Shown here: piece by piece, positions 53,601-62,565 of the stretch
Position numbering within the stretch: the first letter of the stretch is position 1
Layout of the letters: every line of letters starts with the position of its first letter
DNA from: Opitutales bacterium
Lineage (GTDB): Bacteria; Verrucomicrobiota; Verrucomicrobiia; Opitutales; T3Sed10-336
Length of the DNA stretch: 64,000 nucleotides
Assembly: GCA_007130045.1 (NCBI GenBank)
Contig: SLTG01000021.1
Span: forward strand, 355-64,354
Direction of reading: 5' to 3'
Translations under genes and position numbers: made by a program
Notes under the pieces: model-generated
The model's input: the letters and a program-made list of their open reading frames with translations, nothing else
Database searches by the model: none
Told to the model about the DNA's origin: nothing

Positions 53601-54228
53601 CGATCCGCTCGCCTGGAATCCATCGCCCGGCAGCAGCGCCGCGATCGTGGCGCTGGTCGATGGCGACCATCTTGAGCCGCTGACCATCGAGCTTTCCGAC
53701 TCGTTGCAACTCGCCCCCCATAGCTCTTTCGAGCAACAGGTGCCGCCCGTGCGCGAAACCCTTGAAGCGCTTCGGCAGCGCTGGCAGGCCGCGCCCTCGG
53801 GCGACAACAGCTTGCCTTGGGATGTTCGCGCCGCCGCCAGGCGCACACGTGCCGAGTTGCTTGACGACTTGCGCTCCTTCCTTGCGCAGCCGGTGCCGCC
53901 GCAAACGGTTGCGTGGACTGTTGATCTCCCGGAGGAACGGGGACGGTTTCCTGTTGTGATCCGTACAAGCGGAATGGATCCCGTCCATTTCAACCTTCTC
54001 GCCGGGGACGCGGCTCCCCCTTCGCCACCCATCGCATTCACGAGCGAGTCAGCGCCTATCCGCGAACTCAGCGTCGAATACCGCGAAGCCCGCATTCAAG
54101 ATGACCGAGTGTTCGCGACTCCGTTTTCTCGTTTCGGATGGGCTTGGGACGTGGGCTGGCTCGGCGTCTATCTGCTCGTCTATCTCCCTGTCATGGTCGT
54201 CGTGCGGCGCGCGCTGCGACTGCCGTGA
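50617..54228 (+). CDS. PEP-utilising-family dikinase (rifampicin phosphotransferase/PigC architecture) fused to a DUF106/EMC3-like membrane domain
   Basis: ATP-grasp motifs VGGKASNL, VAVRSSATAED..EASMAGQYET, WGLGEAVVSG, PQDIEW and LQSRPITT. Central RPH-like domain (HGHRAPEEFELATPRWSE). Phospho-His domain TDPGWTPLF..GGSLSHGAVVARE. C-terminal TM/coiled-coil/TM...GWLGVYLLVYLP. The ATG overlaps the upstream stop (TGATG). Confidence 0.9.
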   Translation: MSDSPWILPLTLAHDVSLVGGKASNLAQLINSGLPVPSGFAITTASFHAWCDAGDNGIPEPVREAMIAAYRTLGGPQVAVRSSATAEDGKEASMAGQYETILGVEGEDALCAAVCRCWQASDSARVTHYLAKHAPGIETVSLGLVVQPMISADAAGVLFTANPRNGRRNEMLLEAAWGLGEAVVSGKVQPDVITLDHDTGHVLDASIAEKSATYDPATGEMSPLPPERRSVPVLGSADVAALARWGRRVEDIFGEPQDIEWALHRGRVYLLQSRPITTLAIAAAREETLNETRARLITALETGQGPWIVHNLGETAPRPTPLTWTVLQRFMSGQGGYGNLQRKVGFTPGPSVEREGFLDLIGGQIYMDVSRGPEMFGAGFPFHYDIEKLRADPDAANGPPTLPAGSIAALWRAGRVSRSVEHRLETYAADFDHRLESDIIPAFAAWVAEERKRDPTKLSPAEWIDLWRIREQRTMDDFASSALLPSVLCVWTTDRFRQFLETRFWDDEPDALLATLSVPVRHDSTIKSNSGLCELAEGRNSLENWLGEHGHRAPEEFELATPRWSERPEAIAGLVEHMRGREDPAMRHDQRQQAARDCLASLSRRLSSRDSATLQTLADRLSRYLPYREDGKHHLMLGYGLLRDLALEAARRLDLDAEVFLLTPAEIEHALETGYAPHHLINERRLRREAEKELALPTLLTRLEVENIGDPPPVDFTVERWKSVPLAGGRGSGPVRILNAPDQIDAGERGFVLVCATTDPGWTPLFASAEAVVVERGGSLSHGAVVAREMGVPAVTLPGATRLLREGETVTVDGRHGWVARGAPPSSASDEAGAADDEPIPRELQPPPPGDGEEQAARWRRIGFSVWGVFLAAFFLLPAPWLQYPAIQTVDLLLWPLVATWGKVATVAILAAVTATVILVGQRVLNDHARLVIAKQRWQRLQARARTLPEDAPRRKQLLACGAGVQKRLTLAAFTPLAILLGPMVLSFMWLMERIDPLAWNPSPGSSAAIVALVDGDHLEPLTIELSDSLQLAPHSSFEQQVPPVRETLEALRQRWQAAPSGDNSLPWDVRAAARRTRAELLDDLRSFLAQPVPPQTVAWTVDLPEERGRFPVVIRTSGMDPVHFNLLAGDAAPPSPPIAFTSESAPIRELSVEYREARIQDDRVFATPFSRFGWAWDVGWLGVYLLVYLPVMVVVRRALRLP

Positions 54229-54312
54229 AACCTCGCTCGCATCTGGATTCCCGCCGCTCTGTATTGTGCCGGCGCCGGATCCCAACTATCGTCCCCGGAA
54301 CCCACGAGCTTT

Positions 54313-55815
54313 TTAGCCTGATCTCCGAAATGCATAATCTCTAAGTCGCTTCCACCAACTGGTCCGGCTTCCCAGCGAAATGATGATTGCCAGCAGAAAG
54401 AGCAGCGCAAAGGGCCTGGTCATAAATGGCAGCAGCGACCCGTCATGAACCGTAAGGGCACGGCGCAGGTTCTCGTCGAGGAGGGGCCCAAGGATCAGCC
54501 CGAGAATCAGCGGAGCCGCGGGATATTTCATTTCGGTGAGCAGGTAATAAATCAGACCGATCCCCAGCATGATCCAGACGTCAAACAAGCTGAGGTTCAA
54601 CGAATAGGCCCCAATCACACAGAGAACGGCGATGATCGGCATAAATATCCCGCGCGGAATGCTGAGGGCCTTTGCCACCACTCGCGTCAGCAACAAACCC
54701 CACGCCGACATGATGCAGGCGGCCACCAGCAGCATGGCGCCGATCTGGTAGATGAACCCGGGTGACTCGACGGCAAGCATCGGGCCGGGTCTGATCCCGT
54801 GCAGCCACAGCGCGCCCAACAGTACGGCGGTCGGTGGACTGCCCGGCACGGCAAGTGTCAACAGCGGGATCAACGCTCCGCCAATGGCCGCATTGTTGCC
54901 GGTCTCAGCCGCCAGAACCCCTTCATAAGAACCTTTGCCAAACTCCTCCGGATGTTTGCTTAACTTCCGCGCCACCCCGTAAGACCCCCAACTCGCAATG
55001 TCCTCCCCTACTCCGGGAATCGCCCCGATGCTTGTGCCGACGGCTCCCGAACGGAGCGAGGCCGGAATCAGTTTCTTGAAGTCCTTCCAGGTGGGAAGGA
55101 TGCGTCCTGATTCAGCAATTACCACGTGCTTCGCATCCGGGGTTTTCATCGTCCGGATAATTTGCGGGATTCCGAAAACCCCAATCATAGCCGGCACCAG
55201 GGCTATTCCTGTCAACAGCATCGGCGTCTCAAAGGTGAACCGAGCGTATCCGTGGAGGGGATCGATACCGACCGTTGAGAGCAGAATTCCCAACACCCCG
55301 GCGATCCATCCCTTGATCGGCCAATCCTGCGAGGTAATCGAACCACAAATCAAAATGCCGAACAACGCGAGCAGAGAAAATTCCACGGCGGTGAATCGCA
55401 GGGCCAACCGGCTGATCCAGGGCGCCAATGCCATGAGAATAATCAGCCCGAAAATCGTCCCCATCAGAGATCCAACAGTCGCGTAGCCCTTGGCCCTCCC
55501 TCCTTCCCCTTTGAGCGCCAATGGATACCCATCCATAGCCGTGGCCGCTGCGGAAGCGGTGCCCGGTATGTTCAACATGATCGCCGTAAACGAACCGCCG
55601 TAAATAGCTCCCACGTAGATCCCCAGCAGAACAATCAACGCCGCCTGCGTATCCAGTCCGTAGGTCACTCCCGTCAACAACGCGATGGCCAGGGTTGCCG
55701 TCAAACCGGGAAGCGCTCCGACCAGGATCCCCAGTACCGTGGCTCCGGCGAAGATCAGCAACGTCATCGGCGTCAATAACGCCAGGACTTCTTTGAAGAA
55801 TGTTACGATCTCCAT
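54313..55815 (-). CDS. tctA: Tripartite tricarboxylate transporter large permease
   Basis: GALPGL, YGGS..AIMLNIPGT, DGYPLA, ETGNNA, PLLTLAVPGS and GIRPGP. Confidence 0.95.
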   Translation of the reverse strand: MEIVTFFKEVLALLTPMTLLIFAGATVLGILVGALPGLTATLAIALLTGVTYGLDTQAALIVLLGIYVGAIYGGSFTAIMLNIPGTASAAATAMDGYPLALKGEGGRAKGYATVGSLMGTIFGLIILMALAPWISRLALRFTAVEFSLLALFGILICGSITSQDWPIKGWIAGVLGILLSTVGIDPLHGYARFTFETPMLLTGIALVPAMIGVFGIPQIIRTMKTPDAKHVVIAESGRILPTWKDFKKLIPASLRSGAVGTSIGAIPGVGEDIASWGSYGVARKLSKHPEEFGKGSYEGVLAAETGNNAAIGGALIPLLTLAVPGSPPTAVLLGALWLHGIRPGPMLAVESPGFIYQIGAMLLVAACIMSAWGLLLTRVVAKALSIPRGIFMPIIAVLCVIGAYSLNLSLFDVWIMLGIGLIYYLLTEMKYPAAPLILGLILGPLLDENLRRALTVHDGSLLPFMTRPFALLFLLAIIISLGSRTSWWKRLRDYAFRRSG

Positions 55816-56298
55816 CTAAGGAAGGGGAATTCGCGCCAAATGTTCGAATACAATGCCAATGGCGGTGGAAACAATCGCCGAGATCGAAAGAATCTTCCAC
55901 CATGCCGTCGCCTTGAAGAGGAACATAAAGGCCACCAGAAATAAAAAACTGGCCAAAATGAAATGAACGCGCCCGAGCAACCCGAATACATAGACCATGA
56001 GAAGAAGGGCGGCCAGAGCGCTTCGTCCGGAAGCCGGATCGGCGATCGCTGCCTTCAGCCGCGAAAAATCCTCGTGCTTCCAGGCTCCTCCTTCCTGAAA
56101 AGCGTGGAATGAAAGAGCGCTGCCCAGCAAAAACAGGACGATCGCGGCGGCGGCGGGCACCAGCCCCGGAGCCGTGTACCACCCGTCACGTTGAACGACG
56201 CTCAAATCCCAGCCAAGCTTGAGGCTCAGCGCGAATGCCGCCAACCCCAACGCGGCCAGCATAATGCCTGTAATGAAATCCGCTTTGCGCAACCACAT
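55816..56298 (-). CDS. tctB: Tripartite tricarboxylate transporter small permease
   Basis: 4-5 TM segments, APGLVP and C-terminal FEHLARIPLP; abuts tctA. Confidence 0.85.
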   Translation of the reverse strand: MWLRKADFITGIMLAALGLAAFALSLKLGWDLSVVQRDGWYTAPGLVPAAAAIVLFLLGSALSFHAFQEGGAWKHEDFSRLKAAIADPASGRSALAALLLMVYVFGLLGRVHFILASFLFLVAFMFLFKATAWWKILSISAIVSTAIGIVFEHLARIPLP

Positions 56299-56315
56299 TG
56301 ATTTGTTCCGCGGAA

Positions 56316-57347
56316 TTACGGTCTGGCGATTCCATATCTCTCCGGCGAGTGCCGGGCAAGTTGCTCGTCGTATAGCAGCCAGGTCAGCCTGCTCTCTCTC
56401 TCGGCAAAAAGGGCGGACGCCTCCTCTCCCGAATAACCAAAAAGTTCGGAATGGCTCGCCTCGCCGAATTGTCTGATTTCATCCGAGTCCATGGCGCGCT
56501 TGAAGGCCCCCTCGATAGTCTCCAGAATTTCCGCAGGGGTATCCGCCGGCAAAGCGAACCCGATGTACTGGCGGAGCGGAAAATGATCCTTTAACTCAGG
56601 GAGCGGTCCGCTAATCGGCGGCAGTTCGCCGATTCCTTCGTATCGACGCGGCTCCGTCTCCATGACGGCAAGAGGGCGGAGGTGTCCGGACCGCAGGAGT
56701 TCGACCTGTTCGCCCAGACCGGTCAGGACTACATCCACTTCGCCGGATAGGGCCGCCACCTGCGACGGATGACTTCCCGGATAGGAAATCCAGCGGACCT
56801 GCAACCCGGCCGCCTTCGACATAACGAGGTATTGCTCGTGCCAGACGGTTCCGGGAAATGCCGAAGCCATTCGGATTTGGTTCGGCCGGTCGCGAATAGC
56901 CGCAATCAGCTCCTCCAATGTATGATAGGGAGAATCAGCCGGTACCGACAAAATTCCCGGAGTCCCGCAAATCAGGAAGTAGTGCCAGTCCCGCGAGGTG
57001 GTCGAGTGAGCGCCGAACACCGGCATGGCCAGAGCGCCCTCCGACATGCCAAACCAGGTATGTCCGTCACGCCGGGCATTCCATACATGATTCGCCGCCG
57101 AACCGCCCTGGGCTCCGGGTATGTTGAGCACGGATATGGTCGCGCCCAGTTCTCTTTCCATCACGTTCGCCATCGTTCGATTGGCCAAGTCCGTCGATCC
57201 GCCGGGCGAAGCAAACACGGCAACATTAATTGTTTTGCGCCCGGGCCATTCTCCGGCGTCCCGCCCGTTCGGTTCGGAATCGCATCCCCCGAGAAACAGG
57301 CCAATAAATAGGGTGGTTATTACAATGTAATGGGAGAGCGTTTTCAT
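56316..57347 (-). CDS. tctC: TTT substrate-binding lipoprotein (Bug/TctC)
   Basis: Lipobox LGGC, WPGRKTI..VFASPGGSTD, NIPGAQG, DGHT and ALSGEVD. Confidence 0.9.
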   Translation of the reverse strand: MKTLSHYIVITTLFIGLFLGGCDSEPNGRDAGEWPGRKTINVAVFASPGGSTDLANRTMANVMERELGATISVLNIPGAQGGSAANHVWNARRDGHTWFGMSEGALAMPVFGAHSTTSRDWHYFLICGTPGILSVPADSPYHTLEELIAAIRDRPNQIRMASAFPGTVWHEQYLVMSKAAGLQVRWISYPGSHPSQVAALSGEVDVVLTGLGEQVELLRSGHLRPLAVMETEPRRYEGIGELPPISGPLPELKDHFPLRQYIGFALPADTPAEILETIEGAFKRAMDSDEIRQFGEASHSELFGYSGEEASALFAERESRLTWLLYDEQLARHSPERYGIARP

Positions 57348-57542
57348 AGGTTCTGCATCGTATCGTAGTCTGGTTGAATTTCAAGAGGATGCGGGAATGC
57401 CCCGAACTCCTGTTGAAATCCTCGGGAGGATTTCCCGTGGTGGGTCAGTGTTTCATTGAGTGAGTGTCCGGTCAAGATGCTTCGATTCTCCGTTGGGTGA
57501 AAAAATCTGGCGTCTGCGGGCGTTGATGGTAGTCTTCTCGAC

Positions 57543-59561
57543 ATGGAAACCGGAAAAGCGACGAACGATTGGTGGGAGGGTCGCCCGTGGCGGTTGATCC
57601 AGACGAACCTGCGCGAGATTGACATGATCGACATTCGCGCCGATCAGGTCGTGCGGGACCTGGCGGACTTCCAGGCGACTGTGTTGATGATCAACACCGC
57701 GGGCATCATTGCGAGCTATCCGACACATCATCCGCTTCATTATCCGAGTCGGTTTCTACACGGCGACAGCCTGGAAGCGATCATTTCGGCCTGCCACGAC
57801 GCGGGGATCCGGGTGATCGCGCGGACCGACTTTTCAAAGGTGCGCAGGCCGCTGTTCGAGAAGCATCCCGAATGGGCCTACCGCACCCAGGGAGGCGAGG
57901 TCGTGGATTACAACGGGGATGTACACGTTTGCATCAACGGCGCCTACCAGCAGGAGGTTGCCCTGGAGATTATCAAAGAGCTGATCACTACTCTGCAAGT
58001 GGACGGCATCTTCATCAATATGGGCGGCTACCGGACGCGGGACTACAGCGGCAACGAGTACGGAATCTGCCACTGTGAGAGCTGCTTGCGAGAGTTTCGA
58101 AAAGCGTTCGGATCGGATTTGCCCTCATCGACCGATATCGAGGATCCGGTCTTCCGCAAGCACGGGATCTTCCGGCGCGAAACCGTGCGCGCGCACCGGG
58201 AGAAGGTGGGACGCCTGATCGAACGGTTGCGTCCGGACATGTGTATTGACAGTTACTTCGAAAGCGGGCGCGGGTTTATCCGGCGGGAGGCGAACACCGC
58301 CCTCGACCGCGCCCTGCCGCGCTGGCAGTACCACGCCTCCGAGAACACGCGGTGGGTCGTCGGCACGTATCCCGGCATGATCTCGTCGAACTCGACGGTG
58401 GACTTCATCGATTTTCCCACTCGGCACGTTGCGGTTTCGCCGCACCTCCAGAAACTCAGACTGGTACAATGCCTGGCGAACGGCGGCGCCCTTGACTACT
58501 ATCTGATCGGCCGGATTGACAATCACGAGGATCGATCCGGCTTCGAATCCGTCCGGGAGATATTCCACTACCATGCCGCCAACGAGTTCGCGTACCGCGA
58601 CCTCGTCCCTCGCGCCACAATCGCGCTACTGAAGGACGGTATGTGCGATTCGGATGAATACAGGGGCTGGTTTCGGTTGCTTGTCGAAGAGCATCACCTG
58701 TTTGACGTCATTCTCGCGGATGCCGTCGGCGAACGCGACCTTAGCCGGTATTCGTGTATCGTGCTTCCCGACACTCAGTGCCTTGGCGATGGTCTGGCCC
58801 GTGCCATCGATCGCTTCGTCGAACAGGGAGGATGCCTGGTCGCCACCGGGCGGAGCGGTTTCCGCGACGGGGATTTCGAGCCGCGGCCGGTTCCGGCGCT
58901 CGGATGCCGGGGGATGGCGGAAGCGCCTGAGATCGTTCCATCGATCCGCGGAGCGTACTTCCGCCTGGACGGGGAGGAGGGATTCCCCCGCTGTCGCGAC
59001 ACCCGGTTGCTGTTCGCGGACGATCTCTATGTAAACGGCGTGTACGAGGAGGGCTCTGTTCGTAGACTGCGGATGATCCCGCCGCAGCGATTCGGTCCAC
59101 CGGAGCGTTGCTATGCCGACGTGGAGGGGTTCGACCCCGGGTTTCTGACGCGTCCTTACGGGAAGGGTCGATGCATCTACCTCCCATGGCTGCCGGGGAA
59201 GCTCTACCATCGACAGGGATACCCGAACACCGGCCTGTTTATGGGCGACCTGCTGGAACGTGAAGCGAATCTGGAGCCGGTGGGCGGGGAAATTCCGCCA
59301 ATGGTCGAGGTGACCGTGCTCGACAAACGCGACGGCAGCGGATCGCTGATCCACCTTGTCAATCACTCGGGCCATTTCGGAGTCAGCTTCCACGCGCCCT
59401 TGCCAATACACGGCATAACGCTCAGGATTCCCTGGCCGGAGGCGCCCACCCTCGTGCGCAGTCTTCGAAGCGACGAGAAGATTCCCTTTGCTTGGGAAGA
59501 CGGTCGGCTTATCCTCACCGTTACGGAGTTGGGTGATTTCGAGGCGCTTTCTCTGAGCTGA
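57543..59561 (+). CDS. Putative glycoside hydrolase (GHL6/GH151-like TIM barrel plus beta-galactosidase trimerisation domain)
   Basis: RLIQTNLRE, ASYPT, ACHDAGIRVIARTDFS, HPEW, VDGIFIN, CHCESC Zn-type motif and LSRYSCIVLP...FVEQGG. Confidence 0.8.
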   Translation: METGKATNDWWEGRPWRLIQTNLREIDMIDIRADQVVRDLADFQATVLMINTAGIIASYPTHHPLHYPSRFLHGDSLEAIISACHDAGIRVIARTDFSKVRRPLFEKHPEWAYRTQGGEVVDYNGDVHVCINGAYQQEVALEIIKELITTLQVDGIFINMGGYRTRDYSGNEYGICHCESCLREFRKAFGSDLPSSTDIEDPVFRKHGIFRRETVRAHREKVGRLIERLRPDMCIDSYFESGRGFIRREANTALDRALPRWQYHASENTRWVVGTYPGMISSNSTVDFIDFPTRHVAVSPHLQKLRLVQCLANGGALDYYLIGRIDNHEDRSGFESVREIFHYHAANEFAYRDLVPRATIALLKDGMCDSDEYRGWFRLLVEEHHLFDVILADAVGERDLSRYSCIVLPDTQCLGDGLARAIDRFVEQGGCLVATGRSGFRDGDFEPRPVPALGCRGMAEAPEIVPSIRGAYFRLDGEEGFPRCRDTRLLFADDLYVNGVYEEGSVRRLRMIPPQRFGPPERCYADVEGFDPGFLTRPYGKGRCIYLPWLPGKLYHRQGYPNTGLFMGDLLEREANLEPVGGEIPPMVEVTVLDKRDGSGSLIHLVNHSGHFGVSFHAPLPIHGITLRIPWPEAPTLVRSLRSDEKIPFAWEDGRLILTVTELGDFEALSLS

Positions 59562-60070
59562 ATCCTCGATTATTCTCCTTGCATTCGTGTCGCGCGGGCC
59601 GGAACGTGAACCTCTCGACAACTCCCCCGCTGGGTGCGCCCCCTCTGCGCTCGAAAATCAGTCGTTGCCAAAAACCCGACTTGACTTTCCATGTCCGAAA
59701 ATGATTTCCTCGCGGAATCGCACTTTATGCAGCTCATCGTCGCGAAGTGAAAGCAAACCTGACCTCCCGGTTCATTATTCAGCCTTAATCCTTCCGCATT
59801 TATGAAGTCCCTCCTCCTTAACCTCCCGCTCGGCGGCGACCCCGCCAAAATGCAATCTTCCACCGGTATTTGAAAGCCCGGCAACTGCCATTGTTTTAAT
59901 GTCTGTTGCAATATTTGGCGCTTGCATGACGCTCAGTCCATCCTGATGCATTTTGCGTTGAAATTTCAAAAAGGAAGGGCAAGCTTGGTTTAGGGTACGA
60001 CGAATATGACCGGGGACTTGGGTGCATTTTTGTCAATCCTTGCTGTTCTCTGTTAAAATATAGGTAATTT

Positions 60071-60934
60071 ATGAATCTTGCATTAAACACGTTGGTTTAC
60101 GAAGTTGGAAACAAAGGACCACAAGAGTCATTGAAAAGTGCTGCTGATTTCGGGTTTAAGTATATAGAATATGCCGGAATTCGAAAAGGTAATCCCGCCA
60201 CTCTTACTGCACAGCAAAAAAAAGAAGTTATCAAGATTGCTCACGATAACGGACTGATCAGTTCGCAGATGCTTCTGGTTGCCACACAGGATACGGCGCA
60301 TCCCGAGAAGAAAAAAAGGGACGCGGTCCTTGACTATATGAAAGAGTGCGCGGACATGCAGTTGGAGCTGCGCGGGAAACAGGTTCTGGTATGCTGGGGG
60401 GGCGGCTTGTATGAGTCGGGTGTCCCCAAGGAACAGTCATGGATGTATATGGTGGAAAACATCCGGCGTTTTGGCGAATGGTGCATCGATAAGGATATAT
60501 TGGTGGGCATAGAACTGGATCCTCATGTCTACTTCATATGCAATAGCACGGGAAAACTGGCTCAAGCTATTGAAGATATCGCGCTTCCCAACGTTTATCC
60601 GAATGTCGATGTCGGCCATTTGGTGATTACGCGTGAAAGTCCCGAATCACTGGAAAAACTCTCGAACAGACTTCTGCATGTCCACTTAAGCGAAACAGAG
60701 TCATTTGCTCATACGAACAGTATTTTGGGAACAGGTTGCGTGGATTTCAAAGCCTACGTTGACAAACTTATCGACCTTGGGATAGAGGAGAACTGCAAAA
60801 AACATGGAGAACCCTGCGTGGCCGGTATAGAAATGGGCAGTGAAGCCAGTGGCGGTTTCGTGGAAGATCCTGACCGATGGGTAAAGGAGAGTCTTGGTTA
60901 TCTGCAAAAGATACTTCCAGACCTCGAAAAGTAA
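60071..60934 (+). CDS. Sugar phosphate isomerase/epimerase (xylose-isomerase-like TIM barrel, ketose 3-epimerase-like)
   Basis: Metal-ligand pattern GIELDP, NVDVGH, HVHLSE and GIE. AT-rich. Confidence 0.85.
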   Translation: MNLALNTLVYEVGNKGPQESLKSAADFGFKYIEYAGIRKGNPATLTAQQKKEVIKIAHDNGLISSQMLLVATQDTAHPEKKKRDAVLDYMKECADMQLELRGKQVLVCWGGGLYESGVPKEQSWMYMVENIRRFGEWCIDKDILVGIELDPHVYFICNSTGKLAQAIEDIALPNVYPNVDVGHLVITRESPESLEKLSNRLLHVHLSETESFAHTNSILGTGCVDFKAYVDKLIDLGIEENCKKHGEPCVAGIEMGSEASGGFVEDPDRWVKESLGYLQKILPDLEK

Positions 60935-60952
60935 ATCTCACATTGGACCATT

Positions 60953-61405
60953 ATGAAAATTGTAATTGATGCGGACGAAGTAGCGGTTGACCTGAAAAAG
61001 ACAATCATTGAACACTTGGAAAAGAAGGGCATTGAGGTTGTTGACCTTGAACATATCTCCAAACACCCCGGTGCGCACTATCCGGATGTCGGTTACAACC
61101 TGGCACTTAAGATTCAGTCCGGAGAATTTGAGAGAGGAATTTTGATGTGCGGCACGGGTCAGGGCGTCGCCATGATTGCCAACAAGGTGGAAGGCGTTTA
61201 CGCCGGAGCCTGCAATGATGTCTATTCAGCCGAGCGTATTCGCAAGAGTAATAATGCCCAAATATTGACCCTTGGATCTCGAGTGACGGGCCCCGAGTCA
61301 GCCAAGACGATTGTGGATGCCTGGCTCGAATCGGAGTTCCAGGGTGGAGGTTCACAGGAAAAGGTTGAGCAAATGCGGCGATTGGAGAATAAATCTTTCT
61401 CCTGA
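60953..61405 (+). CDS. RpiB/LacAB-family isomerase (DerI-like)
   Basis: HYPDV, GILMCGTGQG..MIANKV.GV, SNNAQILTLGSRV and FQGGGS..KV. Confidence 0.88.
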   Translation: MKIVIDADEVAVDLKKTIIEHLEKKGIEVVDLEHISKHPGAHYPDVGYNLALKIQSGEFERGILMCGTGQGVAMIANKVEGVYAGACNDVYSAERIRKSNNAQILTLGSRVTGPESAKTIVDAWLESEFQGGGSQEKVEQMRRLENKSFS

Positions 61406-61412
61406 TTCGCGT

Positions 61413-61436
61413 AAAATTCTCCGACGAGAATTTTTT
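61413..61436 (+). terminator. Stem-loop AAAATTCTC-CGAC-GAGAATTTT ending in a T run
   Basis: Perfect 9-bp inverted repeat just after the 61405 stop. The stem is AT-rich, so termination is probably weak. Confidence 0.45.
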
Positions 61437-61551
61437 CGATCTCAATCGCGGCAACGTAAATCCTTTAATAGCGGCACAAAAATACCGGAAATTTAATTAA
61501 CCAACGTAAAAATACGCCATTCCCGATACTTATTAATTACTAATTAAAAAA

Positions 61552-62559
61552 ATGAAAAAATTCATAAACAATCCGGCAAATGCTGTCGACGAAATGCTGC
61601 AGGGTTACCTGAAAGCACACCCAAATATTATTGCGGCAAAAGAAAATGACCGAGTTTTAATGGATAAAAGAGTGCCCATTAAAAATAAGGTTGGCATAGT
61701 GACGGGTGGCGGAAGCGGTCACAAACCCGCGTTTATCGGGTATATTGGAAGAAATATGGTGGATGCCGTAGCCGTGGGCGAAATATTTTCTTCTCCCCCG
61801 GGACAAATGTTTTATGATGCTATAAAGGCTGCTGATTCAGGAAAGGGAGTTGCCGTTTTATACGGAAATTATGCCGGCGATAACATGAATGTCGCCATAG
61901 CGATGGATATGGCGGAAAATGAGGGCATCCAGGTCGGAAAAGTCGTAGCAACTGACGACGTGCCCTCCGCCGCTAAAGAAAAAGTGGATCAGAGAAGAGG
62001 CGTAGCCGGTGAAATTCTCATGTGGAAAGTGGGAGGAGCAAAGGCTTCGATGGGCGCTTCTCTCGATGAAGTTATTTCGGTATCCAAAAAAGCCATAGAC
62101 AATACCCGAAGTATGGGAGTTGGCCTGAGTCCATGTATTATACCCGAGGTTGGACATCCAAACTTCACTATAGAGGAAGGGAAAATGGAAATTGGAATCG
62201 GCCATCATGGAGAACCGGGAATAGAAGTAATCGATCTGGAATCTGCTTCAGAAATTGCCCGGCGTATGTGTGATGTAATATTGCCGGATTTGCCATTTGA
62301 TAAAGGTGATGAGGTTGTCGTCCTGCTGTCAGGACTGGGGGCAACTCCAATGATGGAACTTTATATCCTTTTTAATGATATTGAAAAGATCTTGTCTGAA
62401 AAGGGAATATCAATCTTTGCTTCATATGTTGGAAATTACTTTTCTTCACTCGAAATGGCAGGGGCAACTCTTACCCTGATGAAATTGGACTACGAGTTAA
62501 AAGATTGCATCAGCTTAGAATCCGATTCCGTTGGGTTAACGCAATTCAATAAAGAATGA
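61552..62559 (+). CDS. dhaK: Dihydroxyacetone/erythrulose kinase DhaK subunit
   Basis: MKKFIN, GGGSGH.PAF.GYIG, GEIFSSP, NYAGD.MN, RRGVAG and GHHGEPG. Confidence 0.93.
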   Translation: MKKFINNPANAVDEMLQGYLKAHPNIIAAKENDRVLMDKRVPIKNKVGIVTGGGSGHKPAFIGYIGRNMVDAVAVGEIFSSPPGQMFYDAIKAADSGKGVAVLYGNYAGDNMNVAIAMDMAENEGIQVGKVVATDDVPSAAKEKVDQRRGVAGEILMWKVGGAKASMGASLDEVISVSKKAIDNTRSMGVGLSPCIIPEVGHPNFTIEEGKMEIGIGHHGEPGIEVIDLESASEIARRMCDVILPDLPFDKGDEVVVLLSGLGATPMMELYILFNDIEKILSEKGISIFASYVGNYFSSLEMAGATLTLMKLDYELKDCISLESDSVGLTQFNKE

Positions 62560-62565
62560 TATACA

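Noticed and set aside
50617-54228. Calling the dikinase ppsA/ppdK or a true rifampicin resistance gene (rph)
   Set aside because: There is no C-terminal PEP/pyruvate-binding TIM barrel, so it is not PpsA or PPDK. The central domain is divergent and membrane-fused, so rifamycin specificity is unsupported.
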